Assembly: GCA_907165135.1 (NCBI GenBank)
Contig: OU015568.1
Location: forward strand, 9,176,001-9,240,000
Direction of reading: 5' to 3'
DNA: 64,000 bases
Source of the DNA: Oikopleura dioica
Lineage: Eukaryota > Animalia > Chordata
Positions within the stretch are counted from its first letter, which is position 1; the number at the start of each line of letters is the position of its first letter. The translations under genes and the position numbers were made by a program. Below are positions 26,680-39,546 of this stretch, piece by piece. Under the pieces are notes generated by a model that was not told the DNA's origin, searched no databases, and saw only the letters and a list, made by a program, of their open reading frames with translations.

Positions 26680-29327
26680 ACCAAGACATTTTTTGGGTGA
26701 TAAAAACAGGCTCAAAATGCATTGAAAACTCGAACACACCATGAGCGAACGGAACGATTTCTCCGTTCGCGAACGTCCCCTCTCAACTAACTCTTCTAGA
26801 GCCCGCCAGTAGTGATGCCAGCGGTTGTGAAGATCAACTCGGCTATTGCGAGCAGATGAAGGGCTTCTGTGGGAATCCGAACTATGAAGGAGTGCGATTG
26901 TACTGCCGAAAAACGTGCGATTCTTGCGGAGAAGCGATCGAAGTTGGAACCGATGGAGCCAGCGCCGATGCCGATAGTGTTGTCCAAAGTAAATTAACTT
27001 AAACTCGTGAAAACGCGCGGTTCTAACGCAATTATTAAGCCTGCGAAGACGAGGACTTTTGTGTCAACTTTCCATACTGCCCCGACTCAGAGATCCTCCG
27101 AGAGAGGATCAAGGCGAGCTGTCCTGTCACGTGCAAAGTGGCCGCTTGTCAAGCTTACTGGACAACTGACGCAACCGAAGCGCCCTTCAAAGAAGCTCCA
27201 CCAGCCGGTACACTTTAGAATTCAGACCCCTCGTTTAGACAAAATTGACGATTTTCATGCATTTTGAGCCACTCAAATTTAGAAAGTGGTGTTGCCTTAA
27301 TTTAAAATTAAACAAGGTGCATAAAAAGGTGAAATCGATAGTTTATTACAAGAATAAAAAAATGAGAAAATGCCGCAACCGCAAGTGACAAAAAGTCTGT
27401 GGTCGAGCGAAAATGTTAAAAAATTCTAGTTCTCTCTTATCTTTCAATTTTTTTCTTATCAAAGGGGCAAGTTCTCAGGGCCGTTTTTAGATGCCTGCGT
27501 TGACGCTTCAATGGCTTGTTCTGGTGTGACTGAGCTTTGCCAGAAAGATGACTTCAGGGATACTCTTGAAACTTATTGTAAACAGACTTGTGGCTTCTGC
27601 AGTGCAGATGCTGTTGCTGCCGGTGATGGCGATGAAGCTTCAGGCGCATGTGAGAACAAATATCCCAACTGTGATCAGCTTCAATTTATGTGCGAAGAGG
27701 AACAGTACAAGGGCCCGTAAGTATCATTAAAATAATTTTCTTGTGTTTCTTCATTTTCCTTCATCTCAATGTTCTATAACTCGATCAATTTAGCTTCATC
27801 AAAATGTGTCCAATCACTTGCGGTGTTTGCGAGGGCGACGGTTCTGCTCCAGCGGCAACGTCCGAACCAGCTGGTCCAACAAAATGCGAAGATACCGCTG
27901 AGCACTGTGGCAGTTTATCTTCATACTGTGACAAGCCAGAAACAAAGGACATGATGGCTCAGCAATGTGCTCTTACTTGCGGTTTCTGTCAAGGTAAAAC
28001 AATCCCGCTACTGTAGTCATCCTGTTACATGAACTCTCTTTAGCCGAAGGAAGCGAGAACGATCCTGCTGCGGCTGCTACCGAAGCTCCGGCCCAAGAAC
28101 AAACACCGGAGGATGCATGTGTTGATACTCCGGGCACTGACTGCCAGAAGTACCTTCTTTACTGCGACAACACCAATACTCAGATCCCCAAGGTCTGCAA
28201 GAAATCCTGTGGCCACTGCGGAGCCGATGCTCCAGCCAAACAAGCAACGACTACGCAAAAACCTGCAACGACCACAACAGCTGCCCCAACAACGACAAAA
28301 GCCCCCACTACAAAAGCTAGCACCACCATTGCTACTACTATGGCTGAGTCTGAATGTAAGATATAATCACTTTTATGGTGTTTTAAATATATCTCTAAGG
28401 CGCTCCTGTCAAAGACAAAAGCACAAAATGCTCGTCATACAAGAAGTTCTGCCAGAACCCCAAATACAAAGCCAAGCTCGCATCGCAATGCCCGGCAACG
28501 TGCAACGTCTGTGTCAAGTCAAAACCAGAAGCCAAAGCCCCAGCTTCAACTGGCGCCGTGTGCAAGGATAATGTTCCCGCTCAATGTCCAAAAATGAAAC
28601 GATACTGTGGCTCCGCCAAGTACGAAAAGGTTCTCAAGCAAAAATGCAGCCTCACTTGTGGATTCTGCACTGCTGACGGTTCTGCTCCAACTCAAGCTCC
28701 TGCCGCGTCCGGTTAGTTTGAATTTCATTTTTCAAATCGTAAAATGACTTTTCAGAAAAATTCGGAAAATGGTCAGTTAGCTGGTCCAAGTGCAACAGTA
28801 AATGCAAGCAGTACAAAGCCCGAAAGTGCCTGCAAGCTCCTTGCCCGAAGACCCAGCTCTATCAGTTCCGAGATTGCCCGGCTGAGGAAAACCAGAACAT
28901 CCCCGCGTGCAGTAGCTCGGGCGCCGCTAAGCCAGGTGAGCGCAAACCACATATAAAAACAAGCCCACATTTTTTAAATCAACATCTGGAATATAAATTC
29001 ATGCTTCTGTTTCAATATTCTAGTAACCATCATACTCATGCTCCCCCCACAACATTAATCCCACTTCACCCTTGCCAAAAGGTCACCTGAACCTTCGCGT
29101 GACATTTTGTGATTAAAAAAACTTCATCCATAACTCACTACCACTCATAATTGGTGTGCCCGACGTTAATTCTTGAACTAACTCGGTGTTCAGCTGCGAA
29201 AACGTGCTCGAACCGCGCTGGTGCCAACTTTTGCAGTAAGCACTCTGCAAAATGCACGTCGAAAAAACCGAAAGAGCTTCAAGTAATGAAGCAAATGTGC
29301 CAGAAAGAATGCGCAATTTGCACCTAA
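24605..29327 (+). CDS. Poly-ShK secreted protein (about 10 ShK + 1 TSP1); middle predicted isoform ending at TAA 29325-29327
   Basis: Six-cysteine ShK modules in exons at about 26800-26989, 27041-27210, 27491-27717, 27793-27993, 28043-28356 and 28400-28711; TSP1 exon 28756-28935; terminal ShK exon 29194-29327. No separate start exon is visible between 26679 and 26800. Confidence 0.65.
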
Positions 29328-29859
29328 CCAACTCACCCGAACTCGAACCGGAACTCCTACCACAACAATAACAAAACTCTCCCTGGAAAACCGGACCTCA
29401 AAAAAGCGTACTAACTTCTTAGATCATTTCTGTAATAACCCGCAGTCTTATTATTATCATTCAATTTCCGAAACGTTCCTTCGTACTGTACAAAAGCATT
29501 CAGTATCTATTGCTACTTGAACTAGCCTCTAAGTTCGCGAGTGATTTTGGCGAAAACTTTTGGCGGTTAATTTTGATTCTCAAGAACCTCAGAACCCGTG
29601 AGAACACAACTAGTGACCGCTAGCTCGCGCCCTTTGACCTCGCTTGGTGACCTATTAAAATATTGAAACAGCATGCATTAACTATTCCGTCTAAATAAAA
29701 TAAAACGGTTACAACAATCACATGACTCGTTTTTCTTGTTGTAGAAAACACGCATGAGCTTAACGTGTTCACTTAATTTTAAATTGACCCTTTTGTTACG
29801 CAAAATAAATTAAGACGAGAACTATTTTGCCAACATAAAAAAACACTGTTTCCATTTAG

Positions 29860-32800
29860 CTGTTTGCCGAGATAAGTCCCCACAGTGCAAAAAATACGCT
29901 TCGAAATGTGGCAACGCTCAAATTTTGAAAACTTGCCCGGCTACATGTGGCAAATGCGGCGAAGGAGAACGAAAAAGACGTCGACGACGATCGATCTTTG
30001 ACATTTTGAAGCCAAAAAAGACATCTGAAACGTGCTTCGATAAAATTGCCTGTCAGCAGTTTGTCCGACAGGGTTTCTGCAAAAGCTCTTCCGCTCTTAT
30101 TTTGCGAACGATGCAAAGTAGCTGCGCCAAGGCTTGCGGCTTCTGCAAGCCCAAGCCCGCATGTATTTGGAATTCGTGGATGTCTTGGACCAGTTGTTCG
30201 CGTTCTTGCGGGACTGGGGCGCAAACTAGGTCTAGGAAAATGATCGGATCTGGTTGCATCGGATCACCGATTGAAACTCGACAGTGTAATATGCAGAGTT
30301 GTCCTACTCCTCCTCCAACTACTACCAAGCCGGCGCCAACGCCAAACAATAAGTACCAAGGAGAATGCAAAGATGAAGAAACCTGGTGCTCTGGAATTGC
30401 CAAATCTCAATGCAGATCATCAATTCAAGTCGCTGCTCGTTGTAGACAATCGTGTGGACTTTGCATTGCCGCTATTTCTGCCCCTACCGTCGGCGGTGGC
30501 AAATGGCAGCCATGGACCGCATGGACTGCTTGTTCAGGATCTTGCAAAGGTGGATTCAAAAAAACTCGTGAAAGACGTTGTGGTGAGTACGGTCGAAAAT
30601 GCGATGGAAGCAGCTCGGAAACAATTCCATGCTCGATCGGCTTTGACTGCTACGTTGATGAGTTCTTCAAATGCGCGGATAAGTCGGACAATTGTAATGA
30701 ATACGCGCTGGAAGGTCGATGCTTTGATAATCAGTACAGAGATTGGATGAATAACAACTGCGAGGCGAGCTGTAGGCTTTGTATGGGACTTAATATTCAA
30801 TGGAGTGAGTGGAGTAAGTGTGAAGTACCCGGTGGTGTTTGTGGAAACGGCAAGAGAAAGCGCAGCCACGATACGACCACGATGGTTGAGAATTGTAACA
30901 TTCCATGCAAGGACAAATCAGCCTCTTCCAGAGCCGACTGTAAAGACAAACATCCTTATTGCCCTAATCTAACAACTCACTGCGAGAGCAAATCCGTCCA
31001 GAGCGCTTGTCAGTTCACGTGCAATTCATGTCCCGCCGATATCCCAGTTGATAACACTTGTGTCGACAAGAATTCCTATGTTTGCTCTCAAAGCGCTAAT
31101 TGCAAGAAGGAAGAGTTCCAGTATCTCTGCCCTAAGACGTGCAATACCTGCATGAAAGCTGCGAAGGAATCCGTCGATAACTCATCACTTGATGCTGATA
31201 GCACCAGAAGCAATTGTAAAGATCTTTCACCAGCTTGTAAAGGCGCTGGAATCAAAGCTCAATGCACCAACAATCTCTGGCTGAAGAAAAATTGCAGAGA
31301 AACATGCGGAACTTGTGGAATGTCTGAAGAAGCCATGACTACGAAGGCTCCAATGACAACGATGTCTCCCATTTGTATGGACAAATCTAGGGAATGTCCA
31401 AGGTGGAAGTCAATGTGCCAGACACAAAGGGAGATTCTCGAGACCAAATGCCCTGTTACTTGTGGAGTTTGCGTTCCAGAGACTACCAAAGCCCCCCTAA
31501 CGACTACAACAACCACAAAAGTTGCAACTTCGCCAAAAACGATGAACTGTCTCGACGGACCCTTGTGCTCTCATTACGCAGGAAATTGGGAAATTAACTG
31601 TCGGGACTCTCAGGATTTCCGAGACACCTGTCCAACCTTGTGCAAGATTGATGTCTGCGCAGAGTACTGGGATGAAGATCTTATTCCTGAAAACACTGAC
31701 GAGCTTGAAAAGAGATGGCGAGCTTGGGAAGAGTGGGGCGCCTGCTCGGTCTCTTGCGGTGGTGGAGAAAGAACACGATATAGAACTTGTAAAGCACCCG
31801 TTTATAAGCCCTGTACATACGGCTCTGATAGCGATACTGGGCTTTGCAATAAGATCTCATGTACGACTACGCAAGCGGTCATGACTACTCCCAAACCCAC
31901 TGTTTGCGAGGATCAGCCATTCTGCGATGGAATGGGTGTGAACTTCTGCTCCGACCCGAACATCGCATCAGGCTGTCCAAAAATGTGCGACAACTGTCAA
32001 CCCTACTATGGTGAATGGGGCGAGTGGAGCACCTGCACTGCCACTTGTCGTGGTAGCGGTTCACGTACCCGCTCACGTGAATGCATTCAAGTTAATGAAG
32101 ACAAACCGGGCAAATGCGAAGGTGACGCTTCTGAAACTGACGATTGTCCCGACATTGAAATTTGCTTCTACGAGTGGACAAAATGGACTGAGTGCGACGC
32201 TGATTGCGGAAATAACTCAACTCAGACCCGACAACGTGTTTGCAACGAGCCAGAGGACTGTGAGTGGGTGGAAAAGGAGTCCCAGGAATGTGCCGGCGCC
32301 TGCGTTTTTAATGAATGGTCAGAATGGAGCGATTGCTCGGCTACCTGTGGAAACGCAACTGCGACGCGCTCTCGCGATTGCCCAGTAGAAGGTGCTTGCG
32401 GTGAGAAATCAAGTGAAACGATGGATTGCGAGCTTGATGAGTGCGCTGAGTATCTTGACTGGTCAGAATGGTCTGAGTGCTCCGTTTCATGTGGTGGTGG
32501 AGAAATGCGACGAGAGCGAGAATGTTCGATTGAAGGAGAATGCGCAAGTCTTGGTGCTCCAAGCGGAGTTATGGCTTGTAATGAAGATGCTTGCCCTGTT
32601 GTTGCTGAATGGGGCGAGTGGAGCAGTTACTCACCTTGCTCAGAAAGGTTCGAAATCGACGAGTTTATTTGTTGCTATAATCAATTTTAGTTGCGGAGTC
32701 TCATTCAAGACCAGATCGCATGAATGTGTCAATGGGGCCATTGGCTCTGACGGGTGTCCTCTGGACGATTATGTAGAAGTCTCAGCATGTCTTTACGTAA

Positions 32801-34315
32801 GTAGCCCAATTTGATCAAAGTGGTAATCGCCAACGTGACGATAGCTTATTTCGACTTATAATTGATTCCGGTGGTTTAGACGCCGTGCGAAACGTGGTCC
32901 GAGTGGTCCGCCTGTAGCGCCGAATGTGGCCAAGGACATCGTGAACGATCTCGCGGCGAAGACGTCGAAACCATAAATTGTTACGCTGGGCTGTGCAGCG
33001 ACGTCGGCGAGTGGACCGAGTGGGAGATTAGGGAAAACAACTGTGAAATCACTTGTGGCGGCTACAAACTCCGGGAACGACAGTGTATCAATGGAATCCC
33101 CTCAGAAGGTGGCTGCCAAGGCCCTTCCTCGGAAACGATCGAGTGCGAGCCATGCGGTGAGTGGAACGTCTGGACCAGCTGGTCAGAATGCAACAAATCC
33201 TGCCACACTGACGGCGTCAAGGGAATCAGAAGCAGATCTAGAAAGTGCATGGGTGGACGATGCAAGGCCGGAGATGCTGAAGAAATCATCAGCTGTGTCA
33301 CACCTGCGGTAACAAATCGTTTTCGATCAAAACGAAGCTTTGATTATTTTTCATAAAAGCAAAGAAAATAAAATTACATTCATTTAGTGTGACTTTAAAC
33401 CAACTCTGAGAACGACTACGGAATGGGAAACGACTTCGACCAGCACTCAAACGACTTTCCAGATCACTACAACTGAAGCTGTTCCTGTAACGACGACGAC
33501 CACCACCGTAGAATCAACAACGACAGCTGAAAACACCGATACAACAGTGCTCGAAGCGGAACTTGACCGTCTCTTCGATAGCATTACTTTTGGGCAACCA
33601 GATTGCGATGTCGTGGAATTATCAGAAGAGCCAACTAGTTTCATCTCTAGCAGCTTCAGACAAACTGAAGAAGGAAAACAGTCGTTCCATGCGACAGAAG
33701 CATTATCAAGTGGTTGGTGCGCCGAAGCAAGTGACTCGGATCAATGGCTCGTTATCGATTACTCCTCAGATGTCGACATCGTTGGTGTCAAATTTAACAT
33801 CGTCAATGAAAATCTTACGAATCCATTCGACTCAGAAACTCAATCAATGCGATACATGACTAAAAGCGTCAAGATTGAATACAACCAAGACGGACAATGG
33901 ACTCCAGTTCAGTCAGTCGATTCTGATACTATTTCAGTTTTCAGTGATCAGCACATGGCCGATCCATTTGGAAAACCATCAGTTGAAAGGTACACCGTCC
34001 ATCTTTTGCTTCCTTTATTTATCCATATTTTAAAGACTTTGGACCAAAAAAATCACTACTGATCGAATCCGCATCAGCATTGTTTCCGTTTACGGGCGAA
34101 CTGCCTGTTTGAACTTCCGAGTCCTTACTTGCGATGAAGCTCCAGCAATCGAAGCTAATTTTGGCTTGCCACCATTCGCCATGGGAGCAAATCCCTTCGC
34201 CGGTCCGTTGAGCGAAAACACTTTTAGTGCCCCAAGCTTCGCCACTGAAGACTCAGATAATGTTCTCTCCGATCTTGGATCTATCGAATTAGATGGATCT
34301 GGAGATGAGTTTTAA
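29860..34315 (+). CDS. ShK (about 10) / TSP1 (about 12) / Thr-rich / F5/8 type C (discoidin) extracellular protein; 3' part of the longest predicted isoform
   Basis: Phase-1 acceptor at 29860 opens the 921-aa ORF with WxxWxxC TSP1 and CxDxxxxC...CPxTCGxC ShK motifs. Further exons near 32690-32797, 32880-33309 and 33388 onward. Discoidin-like 'SSGWCAEASDSDQWLVID' and 'ACLNFRVLTC'. Stop at 34315. Confidence 0.85.
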
Positions 34316-34627
34316 TTTTTGATAAACCTGAATATTCAAAGAACAGAAGACCTCTAACAAAGGTAAATGTTCTCTCCTGGAGCGTTTATTCAGCCCTGTT
34401 TTCTAGGAATACTCCAATTGTTACATAACAAAGTCCTCCGACTAACTGCCTTACCAACCTCTTTCCATTTCTAATCTCACGAAAAAGTCGAAGCCGAAAA
34501 ATTAATGTTCTTCAGTTCATATTTAAAATTTGTACAGATTGCTGCTTGAGTCGTTTAATAAATATGCTCTTTGATGTTAAAAATAATTATGATTTTATTT
34601 GTCAGGGGGAATATCAGCCTGACGTTG

Positions 34628-36645
34628 TCAGGTCTTTATGATTTCCGAAGAAGACGTGTCAGGATGTCCTTTTGAATAAGCAGTTTCTTTTCGATTTTCC
34701 GCGGATCGAGGTGAGATGAGATAAAACCAAAGTAAATTAAGTAACAGGCTAAGGGAAATGAGTATAATTGGAACAATATTGAGCTCTGGAGTGAGTTCTC
34801 TCACAAATTTGAAGATAAAGTGTCCGCCAACGAGAGTCCCGATATGCTCGGCATGATGAATTATTGTATTGACGAGCCCCTAAATAGTTTATAATGGTCG
34901 TCACTTCCAACCTTTCGGGATCCCGAATGTTTCGGGATTTCCCGAATCTTTCGGGATTACTCCCGAATCTTTCGGGAATTCCCGAACCTTTCGGGATCGC
35001 CCGAATCATTCGGGAATTTCGGTTATAAAAAAAGGGTATAAATGCCGAATTCGGGCATTTTACTTATCAAAAAGATAACTCTAGCTGCCTTCGTCAAATT
35101 CGATGGTCTAAGAAGGCCATACCTTGTTTCAATTGTGAATTTGCAGTCAAAAAGAATGTGTGGGCTCCGCGCCTGTCTTATAGAGAACTTCATGAGTTAT
35201 AAATCCAATTATTCGTGTAAATTATTTTTTCCTTCGTGCCTTCATTTGCTTCAATAAAGATGTACTTAGACGTTACTATTTTGCTTAAGATATTTTCTCG
35301 GACAGAAATCATTCAAAAATCATCCCCGAAAGGTTAGAAGACAAAAAGGCCCATTTTCACTGCGAATGTTTCGGGAAATCCCGAAACATTCGGGATCCCG
35401 AAAGGTTGGAAGATTCAACCGTTTATAATATTCATATAAGATTCAAATTTCTCACTAAAACTGCATTGTCATCATCCAAATCATAGAAAAATATCTTCGA
35501 AACCGAGAAAAATATTTCTCTGTGGGATTTTTCCTTTCGAAAAAGCAAATCAATAACGCATGAAGAGCAAGAGGAAGACCAAAACCAACAAATATTCCTT
35601 TGAGTCCCCAAATTTCATCGAGTTCGTTCAAAATGAATATCATAATATATGCCCTTGTAAAAATTTGCAGGACGAACTGAAAGCATTTGTAACAAATTGA
35701 TTGTTAGAATAGATAATTTACCATGATAAAAATAAATCCAACTCTTAATGCATTTACTTTATTGTCGTACTGCAAGATTTTTTTGTGCGAGGTTACCGAC
35801 CATGAGAAAGAAATCAAGGATATGTACATCGAGATAATTGGAAGTAAAACATTTCCGATTTTGCCTTCTCTAATCTCATCACAGAATATATTTTCTTTTT
35901 CTATAATTTCTGTTCGTCGACAAACATTAAGGATGTGAAATTGAAGAAAAACCTTTGATGGAATGATTAGAAATTTTACTCAAATTAAACAACCTGAGGA
36001 GCGGCTTGCAAAGCAGCTTCAATGAATCTTATTTTCATAACTTCTTTAAAAATTGCAATATTATTCTTTGCATCGTTATTTTTCCACATCTGATAAGCAG
36101 GACCCAACAGAAAAAGGTGGAGAATAATGACCAGGAGTGATTTTCGCTCTTCATCTGATAAATTAGTAGAGTTAAATGATGTCCAAGCTGATAGAATGCC
36201 AGCGAAAAGCACAATAGAAATTGTTAACAGTCCCCAAAAATAGTTCTCCGTCGTAACATATTTGACTCCCAGCAAAATATCGGACCTTGTTAATTGAAAA
36301 TTATACCATATTTTCAAATTGTTTTATTTACCCGATGTCGGAACAATAGAGACCAATTGTCGACAATATTTTGATCAAAGTAATTGTTTGTCGAAATTTG
36401 TATCCGCAACTTAGAGTCACTGTCATAAATAACGCGAAAATGAAAATAATTGTAATCATTGGTCCAAGAACAAAAGTGTTCGTTTGCGACAGAGCAAGCT
36501 CTTGCCAAATCGTTCGATTAATAATCAATGCCGGTAATTGTTCATTAACAAGGTCAGTATCATCTTCTTCATTTCCTCCAACAGGGTTCCGCAAGCCGGG
36601 CATAGTTTTATAAGCATCAGAGTAATCATCGTAGTCGTCACTCAT
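34628..36645 (-). CDS. XK-related (Xkr scramblase-like) multi-pass membrane protein
   Basis: Spliced exons give 'SDILLGVKYVTTENYFWGLLTISIV' and 'RFIEAALQAAPQ|VFLQFHI', similar to the XKR ExxxExxPQxxLQ motif, plus several TM segments. A last exon 34628-34879 (84 codons) joins if one T is restored at 35457-35460. Confidence 0.62.
34890..35428. mobile_element. Foldback/MITE-like element with terminal inverted repeats and a subterminal CCCGAA/TTCGGG palindrome array, inside the last intron of the XKR gene
   Basis: 34904 'cttccaacctttcgggatcccgaatgtttcgggatttcccgaa' matches, in inverse, 35363-35412 'cgaatgtttcgggaaatcccgaaacattcgggatcccgaaaggttggaag'. Both ends are flanked by TTATAA-like sequence. 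Confidence 0.7.
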
Positions 36646-36945
36646 TTTTAGCTTTGAAATTTTTAATTAAAATATCAATCTTTTCTCTATTTTTTCTTAA
36701 TAAAACTCCGAAATCTTAATGATCTTCTGACTTGAAATGTTCGTAATTTTTAACGATCAAGGCCCTCTTTTATTATGTTCACAAGCAAGGCGTGATGCGC
36801 ATAAAGAAACTGAAGTGGTGTACTTTATTCATATTTTGGATGTGCCTAATACCATGTTACAAACATTTTTGATTCTTATTAGTATAAGAATGCTGAGTGT
36901 CAATAAGTCAAAAATTTGAAAAATGAGTTAGCTTATCACCTAAAC

Positions 36946-38531
36946 GATGCTACGTGATAGTTTTCAACTGCTCAAGGAAAAAGAAGAACCAGTCCACCTT
37001 TGGCAATCACGAACGTTGTCGTGAGTGGTGGTCTCCCTGCATTTCATTAGTAGATATTTTTTCGAAAACTTGAATTTGCTTGTATCGCCCCTGAGAATAA
37101 ATTATACAGAGAAAAAGCACATTGAATACTTGGCCATTGAAAATTGCTCCAGATGGGAAATTATTGCACCAAAGAAGTTAAAATCATAAACTTGCCAGGT
37201 AAATAAAGATCAAAAGGCGTTTACGACTTCGAAAGATGACGGAAACAACGAGGAAGGACTCAAAAAGCGTTTCCGAATTCACAGTCGACTGTTGATCTGA
37301 TTCAAAAATCGATGAGCCAGCATTCCAGGACTCGGGTTCATGTGATTTTCCTGGCAGCCATGTTGTTTTTTTATATTTACAGTTGAAAATAACGTTAGAA
37401 GTAAGCGAAAATGAAAAACAACAAGACCGTTTCCTCGGGTCGTATTTGAGAACAAAGCTCTCTGTAGACAGGTGAATTACATTTTTAAGAGCAGATATTC
37501 CCTCAACTCCCTTGAACCCTCAAAAAAGGGCACAATCCCGACCTGTGGCCGTGATCCAGCCCCAACGCCCTTCAAGTGCCAACATCAAGGACTTGCAACG
37601 TGTTCAAAATACCAATTTTCACTACTTTTTCCCTCGTTTTCGAGTAATCCACTGCCTCTTGAACACATGACCAGATCAATTCTATCGTCGAGGAAAGGAC
37701 AAAAAACCTCAGCCAAGGTATATATTTTATTCTTTGTATTGCGTTCTTGTGGTTTGCCACCTGCACAGGTGAAAGGCCATCAAGATTGACTGTATAAATC
37801 TCCGTATAGCTTACGCATCTTTCAGACTTGGAAACGACGAAGAAGAAACTTGAGTACTTGGAGAAAGAGCTTGCTTGTTCAACACAAGAGCTTTCTTTTT
37901 ACAGAAACAACTTTGGCAGCGGAAAATCAAGGAGCTCCTTCCCAACTTCTCTCTTGTCGAAGCTCTCTGAATCGAAAGAAGACATGTTCTTCAAAAGACA
38001 AAACCATCAGTCAACGATGTCGATGCCCTCTCACTACGAAGCGACGGGGCATTCGTTGAAGAAACAGATCTCGAATCCAGTCCCGATTCAGACAAAAGTT
38101 GTTGATCATCGAAAAAATCTGTCTTTTTCGCTGCCTCGAGATGAAATTCCATCGGTAAATTTGAAAGGAAAAGCAATTATTCCATTTTCGCTAGGAAAAA
38201 CTCGTCAGAATTCCTGTCGTTGCTGCAAGTTGTTCGGATTTATCTTCGACTTTTGATCAATCGACGCTGACAGATTCAAGCTCCGGCGAATCGTATTCCG
38301 GATCAGATGACGAAACGCTCAATGGAGATGATGGAATCGAATCCCGCTCTCATTACAGGTTCCTCTATTTCGCAAGAGTCATCCTTTTTTATTCAACTTT
38401 CTAGCGTGAGCCCTATCGGAAGTGGCTCTCTCTCGACAATCAGCCGAACCCTTGAGGACGATTGCCAGGCCGTCCCCAGACTCAATGAGAGGAAAAGGCT
38501 TTTACTAGCTGCTGCTTGTCAGATTATGTAA
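36946..38531 (+). CDS. Hypothetical multi-exon gene with a coiled-coil segment; structure uncertain
   Basis: ORFs 37828-38256 and 38307-38531 plus short upstream open segments bounded by GT/AG sites. No family recognised. Confidence 0.3.
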
Positions 38532-39009
38532 CATTCTTTTATATTTTCACCTTTTCAATTCAATAAATTCTTTCCCTCTTCAAAGCAATCGCCCAGTGCC
38601 AATTCAGGAAATGGAAACGCTTCAAAATAGCCCGGCAATGCAATCGCAGCTCCTGCAAAGACTTGTTCATCTAAAGCATAGCAGGTACTAGAATCAGATA
38701 TTTCGAGAACCAGAAATTGATTTTTCAGAGAAATGTCGAAAATAACCGGCTATCCTTCTGAATGAAGCAATTTCTTATCTTCATAATTGACTTGCCCAAA
38801 CATTGCTATTTTTGAAATAAATGCAATTCGTTGAACCATTTTTATTTTGCATGCAAATCATTTGACATGAATAGATCATCTTCAGGTGGGATCAAAATAT
38901 GTCTAACATTATCCTTATTATGAAAGTTTGATCGATTGAACGGGCAGTATTTTGAGTAATCAAAGCTGCTTGTACGGCTGATTTTCTTCTTCGTAAGAGT
39001 TTATTTTTA

Positions 39010-39546
39010 TTAATCATGAAACTGTAAGAGTTCGTATCCATTCTCGCCGGGTAATATCATATTTGGAAAGCGGTGAATTTCTCCATCTTTTCCCAGGGCA
39101 ATAATTGATCCTCGGTCTTTGATTGGTACCGCTTCGCATAAGGTTTTCTCCCCACAATCTTCGTACTCACTATCAGAATCCTCCGGTTTTTGTTTCTTCT
39201 TTTTACGACTTGGAATGACGATTTTAACAGGTTTGCCAACATTCCAACGATTTTTCGCGAAGATATTTTTCTTCTTTTCTTTGGTAAGATCTGCTTGGGC
39301 GCGGTCAATGTTGAGTTTAATCGTCGAGCAAAACTGGTCAGAAAGCCTCATTCCAGTGCAAGGGTCTTCGAAGAGATTCAGTTTGAGTGAAGTGTTCTTC
39401 TCTTTCAAAAAAGGTTTCGGGTCCACCACAAGCTCCTTGTCTTCGGCAAGACCCAGATGACGATTTCCTCTTTCTCTCAGATTCTTCAATGTAATCACTT
39501 TATCAACAAGCAGCTTCTCCATTTCACTTTTAGGTAGGGTTTTCAA
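39010..39546 (-). CDS. Hypothetical Lys-rich protein (178-aa ORF)
   Basis: Open frame with a natural-looking composition. No recognised motif. Confidence 0.35.
   Translation of the reverse strand: MKTLPKSEMEKLLVDKVITLKNLRERGNRHLGLAEDKELVVDPKPFLKEKNTSLKLNLFEDPCTGMRLSDQFCSTIKLNIDRAQADLTKEKKKNIFAKNRWNVGKPVKIVIPSRKKKKQKPEDSDSEYEDCGEKTLCEAVPIKDRGSIIALGKDGEIHRFPNMILPGENGYELLQFHD

Noticed and set aside
34290-34315. C-terminal GDEF as an ER-retention signal
   Set aside because: A poor match to KDEL-type motifs. The acidic DGSG context fits a glycosaminoglycan attachment site at least as well, and neither can be supported from sequence alone.
34910-35020. CRISPR-like or STAT-site array
   Set aside because: No unique spacers, eukaryotic context, and the spacing is TTC-N2-GAA rather than N3. 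Better explained as transposon subterminal repeats.
35457-35460. Premature stop / pseudogenisation of the XKR gene at 35455
   Set aside because: One extra base in the homopolymer turns TTT TAG into TTT TTA followed by a strong GTGAG donor, in phase with the 34879 exon. An assembly error is more likely.
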